Below, in pieces: positions 9,234 to 19,305 of a stretch of 64,000 nt of DNA. The position numbers were made by a program, and so were the translations under genes. Position 1 is the stretch's first letter, and each line of letters begins with the position of its first letter. The notes under the pieces were generated by a model that saw only the letters and a program-made list of their open reading frames with translations, searched no databases and was not told where the DNA came from. Origin of the DNA: an uncultured delta proteobacterium (GTDB lineage Bacteria > Desulfobacterota > RBG-13-43-22); NCBI GenBank assembly GCA_963843145.1, contig CAWJJC010000010.1, positions 192,001 to 256,000 of the forward strand. Reading direction: 5' to 3'.

Positions 9234-9250
9234 CCAGGAAAGGGATCCTC

Positions 9251-9520
9251 ATGGTTGAGACACTTCAGAATATCGGTTGGGCGGTGATTTTTTCAATAAT
9301 GGGCGGCCTGATCGGGATGGCGCTGGTCATCGCCTCATCGCTGATCCTGCCGTCGCTCATCGATCGCCTGACCCCCAACATTGACGAACAGAAGGAAATT
9401 GCCCGCGGCAATACCGCGGTGGGGGAATACTACGGGCGAGTCGTAGGCTCCGCCATCCTGGGGGTGAGCATCGTAGTTGCCGCCGCGGTATTGGGCGGGA
9501 TCCTCGCCGCCTTGCATTAA
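9251..9520 (+). CDS. Small two-TM membrane protein, DUF350-like
   Basis: Two hydrophobic helices flanking IDRLTPNIDEQKEIARGNTAVG, resembling the DUF350 signature. Confidence 0.7.
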   Translation: MVETLQNIGWAVIFSIMGGLIGMALVIASSLILPSLIDRLTPNIDEQKEIARGNTAVGEYYGRVVGSAILGVSIVVAAAVLGGILAALH

Positions 9521-9550
9521 TCCTTTTTTTTGCCTCGACGAAAGGTGCCT

Positions 9551-12500
9551 ATGAAACGGCTTGTCGGACTGACGGCGTTGTTTCTCCATTTGCTCAGTCC
9601 CACCCTGTCCTGGGCCCGAGGCGGGGGCGGCTGCCTGGAAGAGGGCACCCCGATTCGGACCCCAAAGGGGTCGGTGGCCATTGAAAAGCTGGTGGTGGGC
9701 GACCCGGTCTGGAGTCTATCCGCCGGCCAACTGCGGGAGGCCAAAGTCCGGGCGGTTATCCGGGTGCTCCCCCAAGAGATCCTGGAGATATCCGCCAGGG
9801 AGACCCGGTTACGGGTCACCCCCGAACATCCGCTGCTGGTGGCCCCCGGAACGTATCGCCAGGCAGGTTCCCTTTTCCCGGGGGATACGGTTTTCCTTTT
9901 CAGGGCTGGAGCGCTGAAGGCCGAGACGGTCCGGTCCATTGAACACCGGATAGCGAAACGCCCGGCGTATAATCTCTTGGTCAGCCCGGGCGGGACCTTT
10001 CTTTCCGGGGACCTGGTCCTGCACAATAAGGGCTGCTTCCTGCCCGATAGCCCGATCCTGCGGACGGACGGGACGGAGGTGATGATCAGTGCCGTGAAAC
10101 CGGGCGATGCCCTTTGGGCCTTCACGCCGGGCGGACACCTGGTACCCACCCGCACCCGGTCCGTGATTCGCCTCGAAGCGGATGAGTATGTCCTGATGAA
10201 GACCGATCGGGTCACGCTGCGGGTAACCCCGGAGCATCCTTTCTACGTCGGCCGGGGAACCTTCAAGACAGTCGAAGCCCTCAAACCGGGGGATACCGTC
10301 CTGGCTTTTGACGGGAAATGGCTGGCCAAACAGCATATTGTTTCCCTGGAGAGGGTCCGGGAACGGGTTTCGGTCTATAATCTCCAAACCGATCGGCCTC
10401 ATACCTTTTTCGTCAGCGGGGTGGCTGTCCACAATAAGGGCGGAGGATGTTTCCCGGCCGGAACCGGGATTGCCACTCCCCAGGGAGAGCGGTTCATCGA
10501 AGAATTGGCTGCCGGAGACGAAGTCCTTGTCCGTAGACCCGGAAGGGCGGACGGTTCGGAGCCGGGTGAAAACCATCCTGGTGAATAAAAGCCCCCTGCT
10601 GAAAATTAAGACCGCCAGGGGTTTCCTGCTGGCCACCGAGGACCACCCGATACGCGTGGGGAAAGATAGGTTTCGGCCGGCGGGGGATCTCCGCCCGGGA
10701 GAGCAAATCACCCGCTGGAATGAGGGCCGCCTGGCCGCCGACACGGTTCGGAGGATAGACTCCGGGCTTAAGGAAGGACTCGTCTTTAATCTCGAAGTTA
10801 CCGGTCCCCATACCTTCATTGCCGGCGGCGTCGTCGTTCACAATAAGGGGGGTGGTTGCCTTCCGGCGGGAACTCCCATCCAAACCCCTAAGGGTCAAAC
10901 CGCGATTGAAGAGCTGGCCCCAGGAAGCCCGGTACTGTCCGTTGATCCCGAAGGCCGGGTTATCCCTACCCACGTTGAGAAGATTTATAAGACCCGGGCA
11001 CTGCTTATCGAAGTCGTCACGGATGCCGGGTCCTTGCGAACCACTTCCGACCACCCGGTGGGCAGTCCCGGCGGGGCGTTCGTTCCCGCCGGGCGGCTGC
11101 GGCCGGGCCGGGAAGTGCTCTTCTGGAAGGACGGGGTTCTCCGAACGACCCGCGTCAAGCGGATCGTTTGGGAAGAGCACCCGCAACCGGTCTACAACCT
11201 CAGCGTAGGCTGGCCGAACACGTTTCTGGCCTCGGGGTTTCTGGCCCACAACAAGGGAGGGGGAGGATCCAGAAGCTCAAGTTCCGGTTCTTCCCACGGG
11301 AGGAGCGGCGGCAGCACGCTCCACCTGGGAGGATCTGATCCTTTCTTTCTTTTTTATCGTCTTCATTTTTATTCTTGTTCGTGATCGTCTTTGTCGCGAT
11401 CGCTTCCAAAGCTTTCCAAGAAAAAGAGCGAAAATCTCGACTTCGTTTACAGCCGCAATCAGATCGATCCCAAGGCACAAAAGACCGAGAAACTGTTGGC
11501 CTTCCTCAGCCGTCAGGATTCCTCCGTCTCCCCGGAAACGCTGCGCGATCAGGCGAAGGCCACGTTCCTCAAACTGCAGGAATGCTGGGGTAAACGGGAA
11601 TACGGGCCCATGGGGGCGCTGCTGGTACCGGACCTCTATACCCAGCACACGGCCCAGCTCCAGGGCTTGGCCCGGAACCACGAGATCAATCGGATCGACG
11701 ATCTGACAGTGGAGCGGATCGATCTGGTGAATGTCCGCTATACCGAAAAGGGGAATCAACGGGAGTTCACCGCTCTGATTACCGCTTCGGCCCGGGATTA
11801 TTATCTGGACGACCGCTCGGGAAAATTCCTCCGGGGCGATCGGACCCCGGCGCGTTTTCAGGAGTTCTGGACCTTCCAGTTGATGAACGGACGTTGGCTG
11901 CTGCGGGAGATCGAGCAGGCGGGGGAAGCGGATATCCTCAAGGATGACAACTTCGCCGAGATGCTGACCGAAGAAACGCTGAAGGGGATTTACGGAGAAG
12001 CATCCGTCCCCACAGGGGAAGCGGGGCCCTGGCTGGAGAAAGAGGTGGAACAGAAGGCCGGTCGCACCGACCGCTTGTTGAATTTTCTATCCCAGACCGA
12101 CAAGCTCTGGAATCGAAACCAGATGCTCGAACGGGCTCGTCAGGTTTTCCTGGATGTCTACCTGGCCCGGGAAACAGGCGATCCGGCCCGGGTCGCGGCC
12201 GACGACCTCTTTCCGAAGGTGGCCGAGGATTTGAAGACCCAGGTGGCTTACTGGAAGAATGAGGGCGTCGTCGTCGAATACCGGAATCTTTGTGTGCGCA
12301 AGGTGGAGCTGCTCCTGGTTCGTAATTCGGGGACAACACCCGGGATGAATATACGGTGCGGGTCAGCGCGCATGCCCAGCGGATGATCCGCAAAGGTGAC
12401 CAGTCCTTGAGCGCCCAGGACTACGTCACGCCCTTTGAAGAGTACTGGACTTTCGGCCGCCTGGAGGGACAGTGGAAACTGAAGGAAGTATTGCCTCCGG

Positions 12501-12595
12501 GCCAGGGGAAAAAGGCTGTTGGCCTGGAAAACGTGGACGAAGACAGCAACCCCGGGCAGCTCCAATGGTATTACCGGCAGCCCCGCGTCCGTTAG
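9551..12595 (+). CDS. Exported poly-Hint protein: signal peptide + 4 tandem Hint/BIL domains + Gly/Ser linker + TM + two Tim44-like domains (frameshifts at ~10526, ~11315-11410, ~12330)
   Basis: Joined from ORFs 9530-10588, 10308-11384, 11391-12386 and 12356-12595. Four C...TxxHP...HN units; Tim44-like segments ending FQEFWTFQ...WLLREIEQ and FEEYWTFG...WKLKEV. Confidence 0.85.
9632..10027 (+). other. Hint domain 1 (132 aa)
   Basis: CLEEGTPIRTPKG...VTPEHPL...AYNLLV...VLHN, followed by KG. Confidence 0.9.
10034..10435 (+). other. Hint domain 2 (134 aa)
   Basis: CFLPDSPILRTDG...VTPEHPF...VYNLQT...HTFF...AVHN, followed by KGGG. Confidence 0.9.
10448..10844 (+). other. Hint domain 3 (132 aa after removing 1 extra base at ~10526)
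   Basis: CFPAGTGIATPQG...ATEDHPI...VFNLEV...HTFI...VVHN, followed by KGGG. Confidence 0.88.
10857..11252 (+). other. Hint domain 4 (132 aa)
   Basis: CLPAGTPIQTPKG...TTSDHPV...VYNLSV...NTFL...LAHN, followed by KGGGGS. Confidence 0.9.
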
Positions 12596-12707
12596 GGTGG
12601 TAGGCACATGGAATAAATGGCGTTTCGCCCTTTCGAACGGGTACCTCCTCCAAAAGGGCGAAGTGATTAGTTATAAACGGTCTCCAAAGAGTACCCACAT
12701 CGTATCG

Positions 12708-12792
12708 CGTCATTCCCGCAGCGCTTTTGAGCGGGAATCCAGGTTTTTCTCATGAAACACTGGATCCCCGATAAAGACATTCGGGGCTGACG
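12708..12792. repeat. CGTC-tagged REP-like palindrome doublet, copy 1
   Basis: CGTCATTCCCGC...GCGGGAATCC...GGATCCCCGA...TCGGGGCTGACG; inverted copies at 26614-26698 and 30226-30310. Confidence 0.8.
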
Positions 12793-12863
12793 AGAAATCA
12801 GAAGTAAAAACAATAAAGAGCCTGTTAATAAGTCCGGAATAGCCTTCTTTCAATGTTGACAGG

Positions 12864-12984
12864 TTTGCAAAAAGTCCCGAACTGTCATCCTGAACAAAGT
12901 GAAGGATCTCGGATCTAGATGAAAAAACAAGATTCTTCGCATTCGCTTAGAATGACAAACTCTCTCTGACAGACTTTTTGCAAA
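12864..12984. repeat. REP/RPE-like palindromic element
   Basis: Terminal IR TTTGCAAAAAGTC/GACTTTTTGCAAA enclosing GTCATCCTGAA...GAAGGATCT...AGATTCTTCGC...AGAATGAC. Confidence 0.7.
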
Positions 12985-12988
12985 ACCA

Positions 12989-15900
12989 TTAATGCTCGAT
13001 CAAAGGCAAGTACAAATGCAACTTGCCATCAAAAGGGATATACTGAGGGGTCAGCACATCGAGGACGACTCCGCCCAGCAGTTGCGCGCCCGCGTAGCCC
13101 TCCACGGCAATCCGAGGTTTCCGGCCCTGGGAGATCGGAGATCCCGCCGCTATCTGCACGGTCACGGGGACCTGTTCACCCGGTACCAGGGTCGCCTGGG
13201 CGGGCGAGACCGTCACCATCCAGTCCGCGGGGAGGTCGATTCTACGATAACGCACATCGATAACGGCCGTCGCACTCCCCGGGTTGCTCACCGGGAAGGT
13301 TTCCGTGGTCTGATAGACCTGCACCATGGTGTTTCCACTCGCGGCCGCACCGATCGACGCCAACGCGGCGCCGGCCGAACCGGCGGTCACGGTCGGGACG
13401 AAGACCACGGGATGCAGGAACAGTTCGCTGACCTGCCGGAAGCTCGCCGAAAGATCCTGCAGCTTGGTGCGCGGGCTCTCGCCCAGGAGGGTGGGATCGG
13501 CCGCGATCAACTGCTGACGGCGGTTTTCAATCTGCGCGTCGCTGAACCCGGCGGCGTGGTAGTCATTGATATCGTCGGCGCTGAAGCCCGTCGTTTTCAA
13601 CTGGTCCTGGTAGGCGAGGACGGCGTCGAGCGGGATCGGGTTGTCGGGTACGGCCTCGCTGACCAGCAGGTTGGTGAAGGCGTCCACCTTGTCGGCGGCG
13701 GCCGCCAGGGAGGAAGCCAGGCGCAGTTTAAAGTACAGAAAGGCGTTCGCCTGGATGGAGGCCCACTGGAGGGAGTTGGCCTCCGACGCCCCGCCGTTGC
13801 GGTCGATTGAAACGGCGGCCCCGCCGCCGTCATAGACGAGATCCGCCAGGGCATTGGCCAGATCATTAAACGCCGCGGCCTCGGCCGGGGTTACCCCGGT
13901 CGTCGGGGTCGCGGTGATGATGGCCAGCCGGGCCGGGATTGTCACGGCCCGGTAATCCTGGCTGGGCGGGTCGCCGGTAAGAGAATTGGAAATATCCTGC
14001 GCCAGCGACAGCAGCATGTCGATCATGTGTCGGGCCAACCTGAGCGGGATTTTGAAGGGGGTCGTGTCAAAGGCTTTGTCGATAAAGGAGTTCATCTTCT
14101 CAAGGGAGTTCTTCGTCTTCTGCAGGCCCGATTTTTGCGGCGGGCTGACCAGTCCCGGTTGATAGATCTTGAGATTGCGCTGCCTCCGCCCCGAGGATCC
14201 CGCTAACAGCCGCGCGTTCAAGGCTCCCGAGCCGACTGAAGTGATACTGTACTGCACTTCGAAGCAATAGTGACCGGAAACCACCGGCGTCCACGGCAGG
14301 CTGAAGGTGCGCGTGCTGCCGGCCGGGATGACTTCGCCCGTAAAGGTCCCCAGGGGACCGAAGACCAGGCCGACCCCGGATTGGACAAAACCGAAGGTCA
14401 GGTCCACGGTGACGGGCTGGGGCAGCGGATTGGTCAGCGACGCACTGACCGTGGCCGGGACGCCCTGGATGGCCGGCAGCGGGGTCACGTCGATATCGTT
14501 GCCCAAATAGGGAGCCGGGGAATTGGGGAACAGTTCAGTCAGGTTGAGCGGGGTGGTGAAGGTGATTTTCGATTGGGGTGACATGGCGTATTCGCAGGCG
14601 CTGGCGGCATCCAACGTGGCCGTCACCAGGGCATCCCCGGTTCCGGCCGAGAGAAGGTAAGCCAGCGTTTTTCCGGTAATATCGGTTATGCCGCCATCGG
14701 TCACGGTCCCCAGATTCGATTTAAGCTTGACGGTGCGTCCGGGAAGGGGCGCGCCGTTGCCGTCGGTCAGGGTGAGGTCAAAATAGACCTTGGTCAGGTT
14801 ATCCGCCGGGGCAAACCAGCGCCGCGGCGTGAGGGTGATGACTGGAGCGTTGCTGAGGGGAAAGTCCACGTTGGCCACGGTGCTGGTGAGGAAGGGGACG
14901 AACAGCACCCCGGCCGTGACGTTATCGCCCGCGCCCGTCCCGCAGGCCGGCGCCAGGTCGGAATGGGGCCCGGTGGGGTCGCCCCACCAGTTGTTGGTGG
15001 CCAGGACGGCGGAGTTGGTGGTCGCGTTGCGCACACCGTACAGGGCGTTACCGGTAATCTGGCTTTCCAGGACCGATCCGCCGGCGTTGCTGTCGAAGCG
15101 CACCCCGTCCTTGGAGCTGTTGCGGATGATGCTGTGCCGGGCCACCAGCATCCCGTTCGAGAGATAGATATTGGCCCCCAGGCGTCGCTCCCCCCGTACT
15201 CGACCGTGGTGTACTCCAGTTGGGCCGTCGCCGGCTGCGTTCCGCCGAAAACCACCAGCCCGCGCCAGGAACCGGGACTTTGGGTCTGACCGGTCAACAG
15301 CACCGGCTCGGTGGCCGTCCCCATTACCTGGAGGCCCCCGCCGATCGCCAGAAACCCTGTGGCGGTGAACTTCAAGGTGCTGCCCGCTTCGATGGTCAAG
15401 GTATTGCCCAAGAGGTTGGCCACCCCCGAGTCTATCAGATAGGGAATGCCCGGATTGGCCCAGTGCCGTTGGCCGGTTACGGTGGTCACCGTGGACACCA
15501 GCACGGCATTGCTCCCATTACCGCCGGCAGTTAGGCTGCTCAGCTTAAGGTCCCCTGAGGGTGCGTTGAACTGGAGCGCATTTTGACCGTTGCCGGTAAA
15601 GCTGGAGGAGCGGATTTCGAAGCCGCTTCGGTAAGTGCCATAGACGCCGTTTCCGGCGCTGCTGTTGATCGCCGAGTGTAAAATGGTGAGCACGGCCCGG
15701 TCCGCGTAGACGGCCGCCCCGAAGGAACCGCTGATTCCGCCATACTCGATGGTCGCATACTCGAAGGTTGCGGAAGCGTTGGGCGCCCCATCCACGTTGA
15801 TCCCTCCCCATGAACCGGGGGATGCGGTCACGCCGGTAAAAGTAATCGGGTTGGCGGGTGACCCGATCGCCACCAGGTTGCCCTGAACATAGAGTGTGCC

Positions 15901-16140
15901 TGGAGCGGTGAATTGTACGGTCACACCCGGATCGATGGTTAGCGTGACCCCACCGGGGATCGTGGCCCCGCCCGCGCAGACATCGTAGGGACTACCGGCT
16001 GGAGTCCAGGTGGTGGTGACGAGCGATCCGCAGATGGCAGTCGGTGCTGCCTGGGCGGTTTGAATCATTTGGAGATGTTCGATCAAGAAGCATCCGATCA
16101 GGACCAGGATACCCAAGAAACAAGCCTTTAATCCAGTCAT
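12989..16140 (-). CDS. Large exported beta-helix/Ig-like surface protein with C-terminal LYLPLI tail (frameshift ~15175)
   Basis: Signal peptide; repeated G...P..FT/LT.....PGSW.G beta-helix units; NNWWGDPTGP; Big_1-like DGNGAPLPG..V; ends LHLYLPLIEH. Joins ORFs 14794-16152 and 12989-15151. Confidence 0.75.
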
Positions 16141-16794
16141 AAAATGAACCACCTCAACTTCGCCTGAAATAAAGAGTGCGATCCTCTTATGTAGGTTGAG
16201 CTATTCACCAGGGGAATTCTCCCGGGCAGCATTATTAGCCCGGAGGTCTCCATTCCTATCCTCTACGCTTGTCCGGTATAATTTTATGCATTGAATAAAA
16301 AAGGATAAATAGGGTAAATACTGCATTTTTAAGATGGAAACACAGTATTTTATGAAACAGGTTAGCCCCTAGTAATCCGGGAGGTAGCCTCCGGATAAAC
16401 TGGAACAGAGCCGACAGATGCGCTTTCGAGGAATATATGCGCGGACTGGCGCGGCCGGATGCTGCCGGGGCCCTCTTTTAGGTCATGGGCCGGAAGATTG
16501 AGGCTGGTTAGGATATTTAGAAGGAAATTAGGCCGGGGAGAACTTCCTCGCGGATAATGGAAAGCCAAAGGCAAAGGGCCGAAAGAGACCGCAAGTCGTT
16601 TAGCGCCGGAAAGATTATCCGTCCCCTACACCAGCCGGGACCATTCATCCGGTCGGCCTGACGAAATGGAATGTATTTCTTCTAAATTCCATGCAGAGGG
16701 GTCCCGGCCTCAACCTGCCCCGGCGCCTCATCACGGATCAGCTTCTCACTTTTCTCCTCCGCGGCCCGGCCCACACGCATTGGTCCTTTCGTTA

Positions 16795-17502
16795 CTATCG
16801 ATTGGCTACACCCAACCATTTTTCCAGTAGGCCGGGGTCGTCGGACAACGCGGCGCTGGAGCCAAAATGAACGATCCGTCCCCGCTCCAGTATTATCGCT
16901 TTATCGGTCAGTGGGAGTATTTGGCGGGCATGCTGCTCGACCAGGACTACCGCCATGCCGCCGGCTTGCATCATGGTTTGGACCGCGGCCAGCACCTCCT
17001 GGACGACAATGGGCGCCAGCCCTTCCAGCGGTTCGTCGAGCAACAGGAGCAGAGGATTAAGGACCAAGGCCCGGCCGATGGCTAACATTTGCTGTTCGCC
17101 CCCTGAAAGTTGATTGCCGAAATTGCGCCGTGCCGCCTGCAGACGCGGGAATAGTTTGAACACGTCTCCCGGCGTCCAGGGACCCGGACGGGCCACCGCC
17201 GTCAGGTTTTCCTCGACGGTCAGCGAAGGAAAGATATCCCGTTCCTGGGGAACCCAGCCTAAGCCGGCCGCGGCCCGCTTGTGGCTCGGGACAAAAGTAA
17301 TTTCCCGACCGCCAAACCAGATCTGTCCGCCATGGACCTGGGTGGCGCCCATGAGGGTCGCCACCAGGGTGGTCTTGCCCATGCCGTTGCGGCCGAGAAC
17401 GGCCACCGCCTCGCCCTCGGCCAGGGTCAACGACAGGGCCGAAAGCACCACGGACTGACCATACCCGGCGGAAAGGTCCTGGAGGCGTAACAGGTCACCC
17501 AT
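16795..17502 (-). CDS. livF: Branched-chain amino acid-type ABC transporter ATPase (LivF-like)
   Basis: GRNGMGKTT; LSGGEQQMLAIGRAL; LLLDEP. Confidence 0.9.
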   Translation of the reverse strand: MGDLLRLQDLSAGYGQSVVLSALSLTLAEGEAVAVLGRNGMGKTTLVATLMGATQVHGGQIWFGGREITFVPSHKRAAAGLGWVPQERDIFPSLTVEENLTAVARPGPWTPGDVFKLFPRLQAARRNFGNQLSGGEQQMLAIGRALVLNPLLLLLDEPLEGLAPIVVQEVLAAVQTMMQAGGMAVVLVEQHARQILPLTDKAIILERGRIVHFGSSAALSDDPGLLEKWLGVANR

Positions 17503-18247
17503 AGGCCGCCTCCCCTAAATAGACCTTGCGCACCCGGGCGTCGGAGGCAATCACCTCGGGCGGGCCCTCGACGAGGACCGCCCCGGCGACCAGCACGGTA
17601 ATCCGGCGGGCAAAGCGGAAGACCAGATCCATGTCGTGCTCGATCAGCAACACCGCGACGGTGCTGGGCAGTTCGGCCAGGGTGCTATAAAGTTCAACCC
17701 CCTCCCCTTCGGGGATGCCGGCAGCCGGCTCGTCGAGCAGAAGCACGCGCGGGTGAAGGGCCAGGGCCAGGGCAATCTCGATCATTCGCTGCCGTCCGTA
17801 AGGCAAAGTCTTAGTGGGCCGGTGGGCACAATCGAGCAGGTGCAGACGATCCAAAAGCTCGGCGGCTTCGTCGATCGTTTCCGTATCCCCGGCCAGGCGA
17901 GACCACCAGCGGGCCGTGGTGCCACGCCGTTGGGCCACGGCTAAGGCGACACTTTCCAGGGGTGTCAGGCCCGGAAAAAGTTGATTGACCTGGAAAGTGC
18001 GTACGAGCCCGTGGGAGACCCGCTGATGTTGGGCTACTTCAGTGATGTCGACGCCGTTTAGGATCACCTTTCCGGCGTCCGGCCGGAGAACGCCGGTCAA
18101 TAGGTTGACCAGAGTGGTCTTGCCGGCACCGTTGGGACCGATCAGCGCCTGGCGAGCGCCCTGTTCGACTGTCAGGGAAATGTCATGGGCGACCATCAAA
18201 CCGCCGAATTGCTTTCTGAGACCCTTGGTTTCCAAAGCCGACTGCAT
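17495..18247 (-). CDS. livG: ABC transporter ATPase (LivG-like)
   Basis: GPNGAGKTT; LVRTFQ; LLLDEPAAG; IEHDMD; VYLG C-terminus. Confidence 0.9.
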   Translation of the reverse strand: MQSALETKGLRKQFGGLMVAHDISLTVEQGARQALIGPNGAGKTTLVNLLTGVLRPDAGKVILNGVDITEVAQHQRVSHGLVRTFQVNQLFPGLTPLESVALAVAQRRGTTARWWSRLAGDTETIDEAAELLDRLHLLDCAHRPTKTLPYGRQRMIEIALALALHPRVLLLDEPAAGIPEGEGVELYSTLAELPSTVAVLLIEHDMDLVFRFARRITVLVAGAVLVEGPPEVIASDARVRKVYLGEAAYG

Positions 18248-18249
18248 CT

Positions 18250-19305
18250 TCAATCTCCCGGGTGCCCGGCTTCGCCCGGCCCAGGCCGATGCAGAAAGGA
18301 CAGGCCCCTTGAGGCCAGTCCCATGAGTCCACCCCGGGCCAGGAAGACGAGGGCGATGAAGGCAATTCCGATCCAAAACTGCCAGTATTCGGGGCTGATG
18401 TCGGAGAGCCAATACTGGGCGACGATCAGCGCCAGGCTTCCCACCAGGCCGCCGTAAAGCGTACCGGCTCCCCCGAGCACAACGACCAACAGTACCTCGG
18501 CCGATTTCCCGAAGGAGAGCACGTCGAGGGAGACGAATTGCGTGGTCTGTGTCAGGAGGGCCCCGGCGATGCCGGCCAGGGCGGCCCCCAGGGTATACAC
18601 GACCACCAGACGCCGGACCACGGGGGTGCCCAGGGCATGCATGCGTCGTTCATTTTCCTTGATGCCGCGCAAGGCCAGGCCGAAAGGAGAATGGACGAAG
18701 CGCCGGACCAGAAGAAACGAAAGGAAGAGAACGATCAGGCTGTAGAGGTACGCCGTGCGACCGTACAGACCGAAACCCCAGATCCCCAAGATGGGCCGGA
18801 CCGTTACCCCCTGAAGTCCATCGGCGCCGCCGGTGAGCCCATGCAGCTTATTGGCCAACTCCAGCAACATGAGGCAGATACCGAGGGTCACCATAAGCCG
18901 GGTGAGATCCGAGCCGCGCAGGACCAGGAAGCTGGTGGCAAAACCGACAAGGGCGGCCGCCAGACCCCCGATCACCAGCCCGCTGAGGGGTTCGCCCCAG
19001 CCCTGCTGGGCCAAGATCCCGGCCGCGTAGCCTCCCAGTCCGAAAAAGGCCGCGTGTCCCAGCGAAATGATGCCGGCATAACCGAGAATAAGGTCGAGGG
19101 AGAGGGCAAAGAGGCCCATAATGGCCACACGACTCAGCAGGACCAGTTGCCGCGGAAAGAGGAAGTAAGCGGCTATCGTCAGAACCCAGAAGACGATCTC
19201 CAGGGGTCGCCAGGAAGCCGCGGCCTGAAGAGGCGCGGCTGCGGTCCGATACCGAATTCGGCGGCTCTGCGCCAGGGGCGACTCCCTGGGGTCTGAACCG
19301 GTCAA
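18250..19305 (-). CDS. livM: ABC transporter permease (LivM-like)
   Basis: GYAGIISLGHAAFFGLGGY; TGGADGL; SPFGLALRGIKENE. Confidence 0.9.
   Translation of the reverse strand: MTGSDPRESPLAQSRRIRYRTAAAPLQAAASWRPLEIVFWVLTIAAYFLFPRQLVLLSRVAIMGLFALSLDLILGYAGIISLGHAAFFGLGGYAAGILAQQGWGEPLSGLVIGGLAAALVGFATSFLVLRGSDLTRLMVTLGICLMLLELANKLHGLTGGADGLQGVTVRPILGIWGFGLYGRTAYLYSLIVLFLSFLLVRRFVHSPFGLALRGIKENERRMHALGTPVVRRLVVVYTLGAALAGIAGALLTQTTQFVSLDVLSFGKSAEVLLVVVLGGAGTLYGGLVGSLALIVAQYWLSDISPEYWQFWIGIAFIALVFLARGGLMGLASRGLSFLHRPGPGEAGHPGD

Noticed and set aside
10520-10532. Programmed frameshift within Hint 3
   Set aside because: No slippery sequence. Removing one base restores the same 132-aa length as Hints 1 and 4, and similar indels occur throughout the window.
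9517-11249. Minus-strand ORFs 9517-10215, 9809-10819 and 10494-11249
   Set aside because: Antisense shadows of the GC-rich Hint gene, with no recognisable motifs.
9632-11252. Classical selfish inteins or a polymorphic toxin
   Set aside because: No homing endonuclease and no +1 Cys/Ser/Thr. The host is not a conserved enzyme, and there is no RHS/filamentous region, toxin tip or immunity gene.
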